The notes beneath the pieces are model-generated. The model had not been told where the DNA came from. It did not search any database and worked only from the letters and a program-made list of their open reading frames with translations. Both the position numbers and the translations under genes were made by a program. From positions 42,346,001 to 42,410,000 of the forward strand of contig CM126226.1 in NCBI GenBank assembly GCA_052327205.1: a DNA stretch of 64,000 nucleotides, written 5' to 3'. Shown in pieces: positions 36,426 through 48,508 of this stretch; position 1 is the first letter of the stretch; the number at the start of each line of letters is the position of its first letter. Origin of the DNA: Somniosus microcephalus. Taxonomy: Eukaryota.

Positions 36426-37957
36426 GTCACAATCACAATTCTTAAAGAGCGATTTTAAAAATAGAATAGCCCTGGATATGTTTCATCCGTCTCATTGTTA
36501 TAAAGTGGGAGCAAAGGAAGCAACACACAGCAGCTCTGCACCTGTATGAGCAGAACATCTTTGATGAAGTAAAAAAAAGCTTAGTTAATCATTTTGAAGT
36601 GGGAGCTCCCCAGATATCTCACCGAGTTTATCTAGGAAAATCCCAGATTCTATCCCCTGTCTGTGCTGAATGAATTGATCTATATCGAGGCAGGAGGAAG
36701 AGTGACAATTGGGCCTCAGTGTCTGCACACTAGTGGGGTGAAACCCCAGCCTGGGCTCCTGTTCCCCATCATTATCCAGCAAGTCTTAATGAATGACTGT
36801 GTGCGCGTGTGCAAGCGTGTGTGAGAGTACATGTTTGTGTGTGTGTGCACGTGTGCGTGTGTACGTGTTTGTGCATAGGAAGAAACAAGAACAGCAATTA
36901 TACAGTGCTTTGAATGTAGTAAAACCTTGCACTGTACTTCACAAAGGTGAAGTCAGATGCTGAGCAGTGGTAGAAGAGTTAGGGGAAGTAACTAAAGACC
37001 TGGTCATTGAGGCTTTGAGGGGGCATTTAAAGGAGGGAAGAGTGGTAGCAAGGGGCAAAGGGATTTGGGCTCGGCTGCCATACCTCCACAGTTAAATAGC
37101 CGGCCAACATCCAGTGTCCAGGCTCATACATGAATGGCCACCAAAGGTACCAAAGGGTGCCAGCCTGAGTCAATGCCTTTCCAGGGTGCGGGGGGGGGCT
37201 GGGGGGGGAGCAAAGTAGTAGGAAAAGGACAGGTGGGAAAACCCAATTCATAACAGTAGCTGTTTAATAGTGTGAGATTTTATTTTACAAAATAGAAACA
37301 GGTTTACATTTAACTTCAGATAATAATGTGGGTTTAGTATCTCAATGGTCTAATCAACAGACAGCTAAAAACACTTCTGTTGGGCCAACACTAGCTGTTT
37401 AGCCAAGTTGACAAATGCAGTTAGACGAAGGAAAACTTGCGCCTTTTGCAATATTTGGCCATATTTTCCTGAATAGATTTTTCCGACCTCTGGCCAATTG
37501 GCCACGCCAAATAATAAAAGGAGAAAGCTGCAAACTGAACAATAAGCACGGGATAAATCTGAAACAAAACACTTCTGGTGATAATTCCAAGAGCTATTGG
37601 TTTTTCAAAGAAAAATCTCCCTGCATTAAATATAGTTGAACAACGGAGTCAGGCCTCCAGAGAGGGATGTACTGAGAGCAGTAACAGCATTGTGTTTTAA
37701 ACACTGCAAGATGGGATGTTGAACTATGGTTATGGGGAAACAATAGCAGAAGAGCAGGAAATGTTAGGCCGCCTGCCAACTGGCTATGAACCCAGCTTCT
37801 CGTTTAAACGGCAGTTTACAGCAAGTGGTGAGATACATTTTCTGACCCTCTCAGTGTCCTGGTGTTGCTGTCGCTGTGGGTCTCAGCCTTGGCCAGTGTC
37901 GTTAACCCTTTGAGGACCCCAAGCAGCAGTGAGAATAAATTTCTTGTCCCTTGATTT

Positions 37958-39084
37958 AAATTTTTTTTTATTTGTTCCTGGGATGTGGGTGTCACTGGCA
38001 AGGCCAGCATTTATTGCCCATCCCTAATTACCCTTGAGCAGGTGGTGGTGAGCCGCCTTCTTGAACCGCTGCAGTCCCTGTGGTGAAGGTATTCCCATAG
38101 TGTTGTTAGGGAGGGAGTTCCAGGATTTTGATCCAGCGACGATGAAGGAACGGCGATATACTTCCAAGTCAGGATGGTGTGTGACTTGGAGGGGAACTTG
38201 AAGGTGATGGTGTTCCCATGTGTCTGCTGCCCTTGTCCTTCTAGGTGGAAGAGGTTGCGGGTTTGGGAGATGCTGTCGAAGAAGCCTTGGCGAGTTGCTG
38301 CAGTGCATTTTGTAGATGGTACACACTGCAGCCACGGTACGCCGGTGGTGGAGGGAGTGAATGTTTAAGGTGGTGGATGGGGTGCCAATTAAGCGGGCTG
38401 CTTTGTCCTGGATGGTGTCGAGCTTCTTCAGTGTTGTTGGAACTGCACTCATCCAGGCAAGTGGAGAGTATGCCATCACACTCCTGACTTGTGCCTTGTA
38501 GATGGTGGAAAGGCTTTGGGGAGTCAGGAGGTGAGACACTCGCCGCAGAATACCCAGCCTCTGACCTGCTCTTGTAGCCACAGTATTTATGTCGCTGGTT
38601 CAGTTAAGCTTCTGGTCAATGCTGACGCCTATGATGTTGATGTTGATGTTGATGTTGGGGGATTCGGCAATAGTAATGCCGTTGAATGTTAAGGGGCAAT
38701 GGTTAGACACTCTCTTGTTGGAGATAGTCATTGCCTGCCACTTGTGTGGCATGAATGTTACTTGCCACTTATCAGTCCAAGCCTGAATGTCATCCAGGTC
38801 TTGCTGCATGCGAACATAGATTGCTTCATTATCTGAGGAGTTGCGAATGGAATTGAACACTCAGCAATCATCAGTGAACATCCCCACTTCTGACCTTATG
38901 ATGGAGGGAAGATCATTGATGAAGCAGCTGAAGATGGTTGGGCCTAGGACACTGCCCTGAGGAACTCCTGCAGCGATGTCCTGGGGCTGAGATGATTGGC
39001 CTCCAACAAGCACAACCATCTTCCTTTGTGCTAGGTATGTCTCCAGCCAGTGGAGAGTTTTCCCTCTGATTCCCACTGACTTCA
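37958..39084 (-). mobile_element. 5'-truncated copy of the 13580-16864 LINE family
   Basis: GVPQGSVLGPTIFSCFINDLP..FTDD through AAHHHLLKGN and 3' tail. Confidence 0.95.
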
Positions 39085-39449
39085 ATAAATTATAATATGG
39101 GAGGATGGGGGTTGGGGGGGGCGTGTGCGGGGGGTGGTGGGAGTGATAATTCCCTCTATCTGCTGCGTAGGACAAAACCCGTTTATCAGGAACACACAGA
39201 GAGAAGCTATTCCCCATATACTGTCAGCTGAGGGATACTTGATTTGTTTATGCATTTGTTAGAACTTTGCTGTTTTGTGTTCACTGGTCCAAGTGTACAA
39301 CCAGGATGGGCGTGGTTTGGGACCAATAAAAAAGGAACAATTAGTAGTTTGGGAATGGTAAAAAGCCACAGGGATTATCATCTCAACTGAATAAAGGAAT
39401 TAAGAATCAGGAGCTTTTCATTTTGCTGCTGTATATACAGTTATAAGAT

Positions 39450-39655
39450 TGAAGAGGGGAGGAGAGTAAGAGAGGGTGAGAGGGGTAGAAAGGAGATGGT
39501 GATAGGCAGGAAGAAAGGAATAGGGTGAAGAGGAGAGGACAGCAGAGGCGAAGGAAGGAAAGAGAACAAAAACGGTGAGAGAGGAATGGAGAGCAGAAAA
39601 AGGGGGAGGGAGGGAATCAGGGAGGGGAGGAGAGGAGAAGGGAGTGGAGGTAAAC
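39450..39655 (+). repeat. Polypurine (GA-rich) low-complexity tract
   Basis: About 200 bp almost free of pyrimidines on the plus strand. Confidence 0.8.
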
Positions 39656-40612
39656 CAATGGTAGGTAGAGCAAGATTAGGTCATGGAGGATAGAAATATG
39701 AGTGTTGAGTGGAGAAATGAGAAACCTGCTGAGTGAAATTTGTGTCAATGCAACACCATTAAAAGCAAGAAATTAAAAATACAATCAAAGGGGAATAAAG
39801 TGCTGCTTCAAACGATTATTGCTCTTTGTTTCCCTTTCCTGGTTCTGACACTCTACGTTAAACATATACAATCCTAGCAAACTTCATTCTCTGCAAAATT
39901 GTATTCTCAAGTTCAGCTGAGAAAACCTGTTCTCCTGCGGCCAGTGTTTCCATGGCCCACACACCTTAAACTCATCATCCGCGAAAATAATAGAATTATT
40001 TGTACTCGCAAAACCGTCAGAGTTCACTGCATCTGATGGGCTCCATCGTACTTTGCCCCCGGCAATCCGATCCATCCTATTACTGGTGTGTCCTGAATTC
40101 ACAGTCGGATGAAAAGCTGGATATCAATAAAGCCCGGTTCACCAGCCTTTAGTCTCAAGGGACTCCCAAGGCGCTCTGAATGCAACAGTCTCAATACCTG
40201 GAGGCGACCGGATTCAGCATCATGCAATACCAGAGGGCTGTTTACCAAATGATAGTCACCAGCCATACATAGTGACCGGACAAGGGACAGTCATACACTG
40301 GGACAAGAGACAGCCAAACATAGTACAGTACTCCCTTACTGCTATGTTGGTAGAGATCACACAGACCAGAGCCTGAAACAACAAAGGTGCCTTGGCTTTT
40401 GGAATGCATAATAGAACAAGGCCTTGCTGAGGCCTGGCATCAGCAGTTCTGCTTCCATTAATGACCACAGAGCTCCCCAGCCCCTGGCCAAAGTTGTACT
40501 AAACATTTGTCCTGTCACTTGTCTATGATGCAAAAACTAAACACAGCTTGGAAAGGTATAGAAACTTGATGGCCGTGAAGCTGTCCGTTTTGGAAAAAAA
40601 TATAGATACAGA

Positions 40613-41618
40613 GGGCAGGATTTTCATTGGGCCGTGGAGGTGGGATTGGAGGCGTGTGGGGGGTTAAAATCTCGAAATCGGGGGGCACGAACCCAACCCG
40701 CCCCCCAACCCGCCTCCATGCCAGTTTCAAAGGAGGCGGATACCCGACCTGCGCTGGGACCCGCCTCCCCAAGGCGGGAAGGGGATTAGTGCCAATTAAC
40801 TGCCTGTTAACAGATTGTCAGTGTTTGACAGCTTCAAACAGCTGTCAAACGCTGATATTTCATCTGTCAAAAGCTCTTGACAGATGAAATGTCAATCTGT
40901 GACATCACCTGTTGCCGGGTGGCCTTTAATTGGCCTGCTGAGCCCGCTGGGTGGGCTCAACAAGGTAGGTAACAGGTAGTTAACAGGCAGTTTTTAGCCT
41001 AATCCCTATTTTTATTCCTGAAGTGTGGGATTCCCGACGGCTCCAAACCACGCCAAGTTAGTGAGGCGGACCGTCGGGCTGAAGGGCTTGGAGGGTTCGA
41101 GATGTCCAGTGTTCAGGTGAGTGATGGGTGCATGAGTGCAAAGATAAGTGTGTTTGGTGTGTGTAAAGTGTTTAAAGAAGTTTAATTACCTTTACTTACC
41201 TTTACAGCCTTCCTTCCTTCAGGTCTCGGGAGTCCCTCATCTCACTGGCACAGAAAGCAGAATGGCCGCGAGCTGTCAAAAGTTGCAGCATTCAGCTTTC
41301 TGTTCCGGAGAGATCTCTAAATCAGCCTGAGAGGAAGGAATTAACTTGGAATACAGATTGTCAGTGTTTGACAGCTTCAAACAGCTGTCAAACGCTGATA
41401 TTTCATCTGTCAAAAGCTCTTGACAGATGAAATGTCAATCTGTGACATCACCTGTTGCCGGGTGGCCTTTAATTGGCCTGCTGAGCCCGCTGGGTGGGCT
41501 CAACAAGGTCAATCAAGTGAAAATCGCGTGGGTTGGCCACAACTCGATGGAGGCGGGACTACAACCCCGAAAGTTGTAGTCCCACCTCCATCACGCCTCC
41601 AGTATCAAAATCCAGCCC
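40613..41618. mobile_element. Harbinger-type non-autonomous element, 1006 bp
   Basis: TIRs GGGCAGGATTTTC / CAAAATCCAGCCC; TSD AGA/AGA; flanks AGATAC and GTGTCT; internal identical 157-bp duplication. Confidence 0.9.
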
Positions 41619-41904
41619 AGAGTGTCTGAGAGCTAATGATTATTCAAAGTTGATTTATACTGGAATAATACCAGCCTCTGGCCTTGTGCTGCCCATTTCT
41701 CCCGAGCTGCAGTGTCTGCATCCACTGAGGGAGGGCTAACCTGGATCTGGTGGTGGGGGGTGGAGTGGAAGGGGGTCTTGTACAGAGCAAATTATAAGCC
41801 AGTTTTTCTGTACACACTTGACTCTCTTAAGTATCTACAAACCCTGTGCTCATAAATAAAGTTTATTTTTGTTACATCAAATTGCTGTTCTAGAAAAAAC
41901 ATTA

Positions 41905-42004
41905 GACCCTGAATCATAAGATCTGTACAGCTCTCAAACATAATGCTAAACCCTGGATCATGAGATCTCTACAACTCTCAAACATAATGTTAAACCCTGG
42001 ATCA
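41905..42004. repeat. ~43-bp tandem duplication (about 2.3 copies)
   Basis: ACCCTGGATCATGAGATCTCTACAACTCTCAAACATAATGTTAA-like units. Confidence 0.75.
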
Positions 42005-43175
42005 CCTAAAAGATGAATATAGCAGGCTTGTCTGAGAAACTACCTGTGTAAAGTGAGCACCTCATGTTAGCCCCAACAATGACTAAACAAAAATAGTCCT
42101 GAACTTGCATTGGGAAACCCCAAAAGCTGGTCCAGGTGAAGAAGTTTGATAGAAGCTATGTGAACACACAAATGAGCAGCACATAGCGTAATGTTAACCG
42201 TTATTTCAATCTATAAATTCACAAGTTATAATCTTTATTAGAGAGTAATTCTGGATTAAGTACCTCGTATAGGTTCTCAAAACATGAAGATAAGGCACCT
42301 GGTATTACGCGACAGGAATTCAGGGTGTGTGAGCCAGTAAAGGGGCACTGTCTACATGAATAAAGTGCAAACCATGTTTGATTACGTGAGAATGGAGAAG
42401 TCTTCCCTTTTCCAAAAGAAACAAGTCCGAATGCCATAAACCTTTCTCATAACTGAAATTAGTCACATAATATAGCAGGAGTCAGAGGAAAACAGGATCA
42501 ACTCCGAACACCACTGGAGGGTTACCATCACAGGTTATGGCACCACCTCTGGAGCAAGTAAGAATAACAGGTGTTACCGTAACAGCAGTCCCCATTGATG
42601 TCCATGCAGCAATGTGCCAGCATTATAAACTTGAGGATTTGTGCGTGCGTGTAGATTAGCACTCCTGGCTCAGAACGTTTCAAGGCAGGAGCACCAGGAA
42701 TTCCAGAATGAGGGTGAGCAAGCCCAGCATGAGGTTTCACCCATTCACTTTACTGAATGGTAAATCATATGAGGCACACCGACCTCCATGCTCCGTTTAC
42801 TGTTATGCACACTTATCACGTGAAGCACGGATTTGCAAAACCTACCCACGTGTGGAATAGAACTACAATAGCTATACTACAAACCATCACATTGTAGCAA
42901 AAATCCGGTGTTTCAATACTGACTTTCCTGACAGTCACCTTCGAAATGCATCTTGGTGCATGGGAGCCAATTGTTCTTTTGTGAACAGGAGTTATAGTAG
43001 GTAAAAGAATCTCAGACATGTGGGGGTGGGGGATTTCCTTGATTGCTGTGTACCAAATTTCCAATTGAACGGGTTTTGAATCCACACCTGTTTCCTAAAT
43101 CTCTGCTTCCTTCATCTCCCTCTATCAGGGCAGCATTTCCTCAGATGTTTTCTAAGAGAACACTATTAAAATAGG

Positions 43176-44518
43176 AGGGTCCAGGAGTATGTTGATATTT
43201 GTGGGAGGGGGGTCCCGGGAGTGAGCTGATATTTGTAGGGGGGGTCCCGGGAGTGAGCTGATATTTGTAGGGGGGGGTCCCGGGAGTGAGCTGATATTTG
43301 TAGGGGGGGGGGTCCCGGGAGTGAGCTGATATTTGTAGGGGGGGTTCCCGGGAGTGAGCTGATATTTGTAGGGGAGTCCCGGGAGTGAGCTGATATTTGT
43401 AGGGGGGGGGGTCCCAGAAGTGAGCTGATATTTGTAGGGGGGGGGGGTCCTGGGAGTGAGCAGATATTTGTAACGGGGGGGTCCCGGGAGTGAGCTGATA
43501 TTTATAGGGGGGTCCCGGGAGTGAGCTGATATTTGTAGGGGAGTCCCGGGAGTGAGATGATATTTGTAGGATGGGGTCCCAGGAGTGAGCTGATATTTGT
43601 AGGGGGGGGGTCCCAGAAGTGAGCCAATATTTGATGGGGGGGTTCCCGGGAGTGAGCTGATATTTGTAGGGGGGGGTCCCGGGAGTGAGCTGATATTTGT
43701 AGGGGGGGGTCCCGGGAGTGAGCTGATATTTGTAGGGGGGTCCCGGGAGTGAGCTGATATTTGTAGGGGGGTCCCGGGTGTGAGCTGATATTTGTAGGGG
43801 GGGTCCCGGGAGTGAGCTGATATTTGTAGGGGGGGTCCCGGGAGTGAGCTGATATTTGTAGGGGGGGTCCCGGGAGTGAGCTGATATTTGTAACGGGGGG
43901 GTCCCGGGAGTGAGCTGATATTTGTAGGGGGGGTCCCGGGAGTGAGCTGATATTTGTAGGGGGGGGTCCCGGGAGTGAGCTGATATTTGTAGGGGGGGTC
44001 CCGGGAGTGAGCTGATATTTGTAGGGGGGGGTCCCGGGAGTGAGCTGATATTTGTAGGGGGGTCCCGGGAGTGAGCTGATATTTGTAGGGGGGGGTCCCG
44101 GGAGTGAGCTGATATTTGTAGGGGGGGTCCCGGGTGTGAGCTGATATTTGTAGGGGGGGCGGTCCCGGGAGTGAGCTGATATTTGTAGGGGGGTCCCGGG
44201 AGTGAGCTGATATTTGTAGGGGGGGTCCCGGGAGTGAGCTGATATTTGTAGGGGGGGTCCCGGGAGTGAGCTGATATTTGTAGGGCGGGTCCCGGGTGTG
44301 AGCTGATATTTGTTGGGGGGGGTCCCGGGAGTGAGCTGATATTTGTAGATGGGTCCCGGGAGTGAGCTGATATTTGTAGGGGGGGGGTCCCGGTAGTGAG
44401 CTGATATTTGTAGATGGGTCCCGGGAGTGAGCTGATATTTGTAGGGGGGTGGGGTCCTGGGAGTGTGCTGATATTTGTAGGGGGGTGGAGGGATCGCAGG
44501 AGTGTGCTGATATTTATA
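43176..44518 (+). repeat. G-rich minisatellite, about 40 units of ~31-36 bp
   Basis: Constant core TCCCGGGAGTGAGCTGATATTTGTA followed by a G run of variable length. Confidence 0.97.
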
Positions 44519-44520
44519 CA

Positions 44521-44763
44521 TAGGAACATGAGTAGGCCATTTAGCCCCTTTGCCTGTTCCACCATTCAATGAGATCATGGCTGACCTGTGACCTAACTCC
44601 ATCTATCCCTTAACAAATATCTATCAATCTCAGATTTTAAAATTAACAATTGATCTCGCATTAATTGCCGTTTGTGGAAGAGAGTTCCAAACTTCTACCA
44701 CCCTTTGTGTGTAGAAGTGTTTCCTAATTTCACTCCTGAAAGGTCTGGCTCTAATTTTTAGAC
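44521..44763 (-). mobile_element. CR1 (HER1-like) 3' end
   Basis: Near identical to 26876-27105; possible TSD ATACA (44516-44520, 44764-44768). Confidence 0.85.
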
Positions 44764-44828
44764 ATACACGGTTTGTTTCTTAGACTGTCTCTCCTCATTC
44801 ACAGTCGTAACCAGCAGGTGACTTTTTA

Positions 44829-44941
44829 CATCAGCTCACTCCCGGGACCACACCCCTACAAACATCAGCTCGCTCCTGGGACCCCCCTACAAATATCAGC
44901 ACACTCCCTGGACCACTCCTCTACAAATATCAGCCCACTCC
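44829..44941 (-). repeat. About 4 degenerate units of the same minisatellite in inverted orientation
   Basis: CATCAGCTCACTCCCGGGACC..CCCCTACAAATATCAGC. Confidence 0.9.
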
Positions 44942-45328
44942 AGAACGGCAACTGAGCCTGGCACTCAAGAGGGGTGCCGGGTTCACGGAGAGCAGCCGGC
45001 ACCCCGCGGGGGGGCTTCACGGGGGCCGGGGACAGCAATGGGGGCCGGTGCTGGCAGGCGGCCAGCAACAAAAATGGCCCTTTAACTAGCGCCGCCCCGG
45101 CCGCAGGTAGGCCCCCCTGACCCCGTCGGACATAGCATCCGGCGGTAAGTCGGGGGGCACTACCAAAAATCGCGGCCGGGGCGCGAGCGGGGCACTAACG
45201 GTTACCGCCGCCGCTAACCTCCCGCTGAATTTTGCGGGAGGTGTTGGCGGCGCCGCGCCCAGGGGCTAGTTGATTTGCGCCCTGTTAGCGCGCTAACGGG
45301 AGGCACAAAGCAGCCAAATTTTTCCCCC
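44942..45328. mobile_element. Right half of a Harbinger MITE related to 4701-5400
   Basis: GAGCCTGGCAC..GTGCCGGG..CACGGA..CAGCCGGC and CTAACGG(T/C)TACCGCCGCC are shared with 4993-5040 and 5287-5304; ends CAAATTTTTCCCCC. Confidence 0.7.
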
Positions 45329-45650
45329 ATAGGTTCTAAGGAGTGTCTTTAAGGAGAATAGCGAGGCGGAGAGTTTAGGGAGGGAATTCCAGAACTTAGG
45401 GCCTTGACAGCTGAAGGCACGGCTGCCAATGGTGGGGCGAAGTGATATTTAAAGTTATATATACATATTTAATTGCACATACTGTACTGGAAAGACAAAC
45501 ATTGATGACATTTGCATATATTTCTCTCCTCCAATCAGCAATTTTTCTCCTCTTCTGAAAGTGCGGTCACCATGGTTTTACAGGTGCCAACTGATCTTTT
45601 TCTGGGCAGTGACCCTGTTTCTGGGACTAGGGACAGGGTCACTGGCAAGG

Positions 45651-45725
45651 CTTGAAAGCTAAGCAGAGCCAGGCCTGGTTAGTACTTGGAGGGGTGACCA
45701 TCAGGGTAAAACCAGGTGCAGAAGG
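45651..45725 (+). pseudogene. 5S rRNA 3' fragment (pseudogene or 5S-derived SINE head)
   Basis: AAGCTAAGCAGAGCCAGGCCTGGTTAGTACTTGGAGGGGTGACC..ACCAGGTGC versus vertebrate 5S AAGCTAAGCAGGGTCGGGCCTGGTTAGTACTTGGATGGGAGACC..ACCGGGTGC; the 5' ~45 nt are missing. Confidence 0.8.
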
Positions 45726-46181
45726 TCACGGAAAGAGCCCCGAGGAGGGGCGGTTGGTGAGAAGGTCACTGGAAGGAGCCCCAGGAGGGGTGGCTGGTAA
45801 GCAGGCCCGGGCGTTGGGCTGAAGATTGTCAGAACGGTGGAAATGGAATGGCGGCGTGCACAGACGCAGCGGCTTTGCTTCTCCCAGGACGGTGCTATTT
45901 ACGTTTAATGTTAATGTTATTTGTACTGGACTCATGGGAGCTTGCAAGATCACATTTCGTTGTTCATGTACTTGTGCAATGACAATAAAGTTGAATTATT
46001 ATTATCTTTAGACTCTTATTTGAGCAGCCATTGTCTGTGTGTGATCCTGGCACCTAATCCTGCTCTCACCCAAATTCCACGTGTTTGCAGGAGTCACTTC
46101 AAAGTGATCAGGAGAAATTTACAGATGGAGTGGTGGGAACAAATACCTTGGAATCATTTCAGAAACTCTCTCACTGGCTCC

Positions 46182-46408
46182 CGGGATCAGTCGGCAGAGC
46201 TGGCCCCAGGGGATCATTTGCAAGAGCTGTTCCCATGAGATCAGTCAGAAGTGCTGGATCCTCGGGATCAGTCGGAAGAGCTGGATGCCCAGGATCAGTC
46301 GGAAGAGCTGGATCCTCGGGATCAGTCAGAAGTGCTGGATCCTCGGATCAGTCGGAAGAGCTGGATCCTCGGGATCAGTCAGAAGAGCGGGATCAGTCGG
46401 AAGAGCCG
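46182..46408 (+). repeat. Minisatellite, ~27-bp unit GGGATCAGTCGGAAGAGCTGGATCCTC
   Basis: 7-8 imperfect copies directly after an old CR1 3' fragment (46085-46185). Confidence 0.85.
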
Positions 46409-46919
46409 GTCGTAAGGCATCAGGCAGAGGAGCTGATCTGCACCAACAGTGCTCCGTTCAATAGCGAAGCCAGTGCAAATCTGACTTTGTAAACTTGAAG
46501 TTGATGCACTGGGAGGCCAATCTACTGCCTTCGAATTTCTAATGTTACAAAATGAGCTGGGTAACTTTTACTCGTTCTCACAAGCAACATTCACAGACAA
46601 TAACCAGAACAGAGTGTCACACTGAGAGCAAACGTCTGTGCCGCCATGGCGGGCTGGTGACAGGGTTTAATGGTTTTCTCTCACCCGGCAAGCTGCTCGG
46701 GGCATTTGGGCTGTACCAGGGCAGACACATCAACAACCGCACACTGACACTCAGCAAATGGCAGCTCAGCACAATGGTTCATTCAACCGTCTCAGAATGG
46801 GAGGCTGGCTTTTGCTGAACAGAGGGCAATAAGAAGTCTTAAAGTCAAGTCTTGATATAGATGCACCTAAAACACAGCTTTTCTTTCTCCTGTGCCCCAG
46901 CTCTCTCTTCCAATACTTT

Positions 46920-47062
46920 GCACATGCATGTGCGCACACACACATGCAAACTCGCATGTGGAAGCACATATGCAGACACATGCACATGCATATGCACACT
47001 GGCAGACAAATGTACACACATACACAGATGTATACACATACACGCACACGCAGACACACATA
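46920..47062. repeat. Degenerate (CA/TG)n purine-pyrimidine tract
   Basis: CACATGCATGTGCGCACACACACATG..; a similar tract lies at 36797-36875. Confidence 0.85.
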
Positions 47063-47589
47063 TCTCCCTGCTGGAGGGGTTGAAATTACCTGCAAAAATG
47101 ATACAATGTCCAAGATTCTGCCAGTCTGGAATGTAATTAGAGCAAATTAGGTGGCAGTCTGAAAAGCAGAGGTCACAAAGAGTTGGCAGGGTCGAGTTGG
47201 GTCATTAGCAAGCATCTTGATCTCGGCAGGCAGAGGCTGCACTGTTTACCCAGTGCTGGACAATGTCCACCCTGTCGGCTGGAATGTTAAGTGAATTTTA
47301 AAATGGGGGTCTTTTAGTGGTACACATGTTTGCTGATAATGCCAGATCATTGTTTTGCATTGTGTTAGGCCAGGACAGCTACTTATTGATGCGCCTGAGC
47401 GAGTGTGTGAGTGCCTCCGCTCCCAGTCAAAAGTTCTTCTCAATCCAAACACTGCCTGATCTTTGTGTGGCTTTAACTCTTTCATATGCTTCTGGAATAC
47501 TGTGTATCACTTTCAGTTGGTGGTGGGTGAGGGTGGAGGCGTGGCAGGTGTCAGTACACTACAATTGTGTTCAATGCCAGGAAGGTAAA

Positions 47590-47835
47590 ACAAAAGTCAT
47601 CTGGAGTTCCCACTCCTGATCAATAATCAGTGATTCCTGATGGAACGTATGTGGATGTGGATGAGAACAGGGGGATCAAGCTTGGCAGTGATGCCCCCCC
47701 AGAGCCAATTAACCTGCTGACATTCACTTGTCTAGGCTCACATCCGAACAATGGCCACTTGGGTGAGGTACCAGATGGCTGCTGGTACTCGTGGAACTGT
47801 ACTGCGGCATTGGGAAGAGAGAGGAGACAAGGAGA
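47590..47835 (+). mobile_element. SINE-like family B, 3' part
   Basis: CTCCTGATCAATAATCAGTG..TGTCTAGGCTCACA..ATGGCCACTTGGGTGAGGTACC. Confidence 0.6.
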
Positions 47836-48311
47836 GAAAACATTGGAAAATATCTTGTCCTGTCAATCACCGACTCCCACAGCAAAGCGACAATTAGTTG
47901 AACAAAACAGCTTAATGCACACTAACCTCTCCATTTATTCATGGTATTAGTTCATGGTATAATGTCCTTCTGAATAGCCCCAATCTATTACTCCTGCACA
48001 GTTTTTCACCTGCCTCAGTTTTTCCATTAATGATACTTGGAAAAACAGCAAATAATTTTCTTCTTTAATTCTAAATGTGGTATAAACTCATGACTGGAAT
48101 CCCATGCCATTGGGTGTCATTGGGAAAATGCTAGGCAAATTCCACGGCCTGTACTTAAAAACAATGAAAAATCAGACAGTAAAAGCTCCATCCACAGAAA
48201 GATCTAGCCCAACATCCCGAAAAAATAGAATAGTGTGACATTTATTTTGTTGAGAAACCAAGGTCCAAAGCCCATAGTGAAGGACACCACCCAGGCTGAA
48301 AGCAGTAGGAG

Positions 48312-48508
48312 AGAACATAAGAATTAGGAGCAGGAGTCGGCCATACGGCCCCTCGAGCCTACTCCACCATTCAATAAGATCATGGCTGATCTTCGGACCT
48401 CAACTCCACTTTCCCGCCCGATCTCCATATCCCTTGATTCACCTAGAGTCCAAAAATCTATTGATCTCAGCCTTGAATATACTCAATGACTGAGCATCCA
48501 CAGCCCTC
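48312..48508 (-). mobile_element. CR1 (HER1-like) 3' end
   Basis: AGAACATAAGAATTAGGAGCAGGAGTCGGCCATACGGCCCCTCGAGCC..CCATTCAATAAGATCATGGCTGATC. Confidence 0.9.

Noticed and set aside
39884-40102. 72-aa minus ORF in a CpG-retaining unique segment
   Set aside because: No recognisable domain or splice context
43176-44518. CRISPR-like repeat-spacer array
   Set aside because: The spacers are only G homopolymers, there are no unique spacers or cas genes, and the context is vertebrate
43141-44602. 474-aa and 366-aa Pro-rich ORFs on the minus strand
   Set aside because: By-products of a minisatellite whose C-rich strand lacks stops; the frame shifts with each G-run length and the start codons lie in a CR1 fragment
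33686-45328. One large transposon from the 33686 TIR to the 45328 TIR
   Set aside because: The ends (GGCCTAGAAATTG versus GGGGGAAAAATTTG) and the flanking triplets do not match, and the interrupted CR1 does not resume after 45328
46766-47150. Cys/His-rich ORFs
   Set aside because: Translations of a degenerate (CA)n tract
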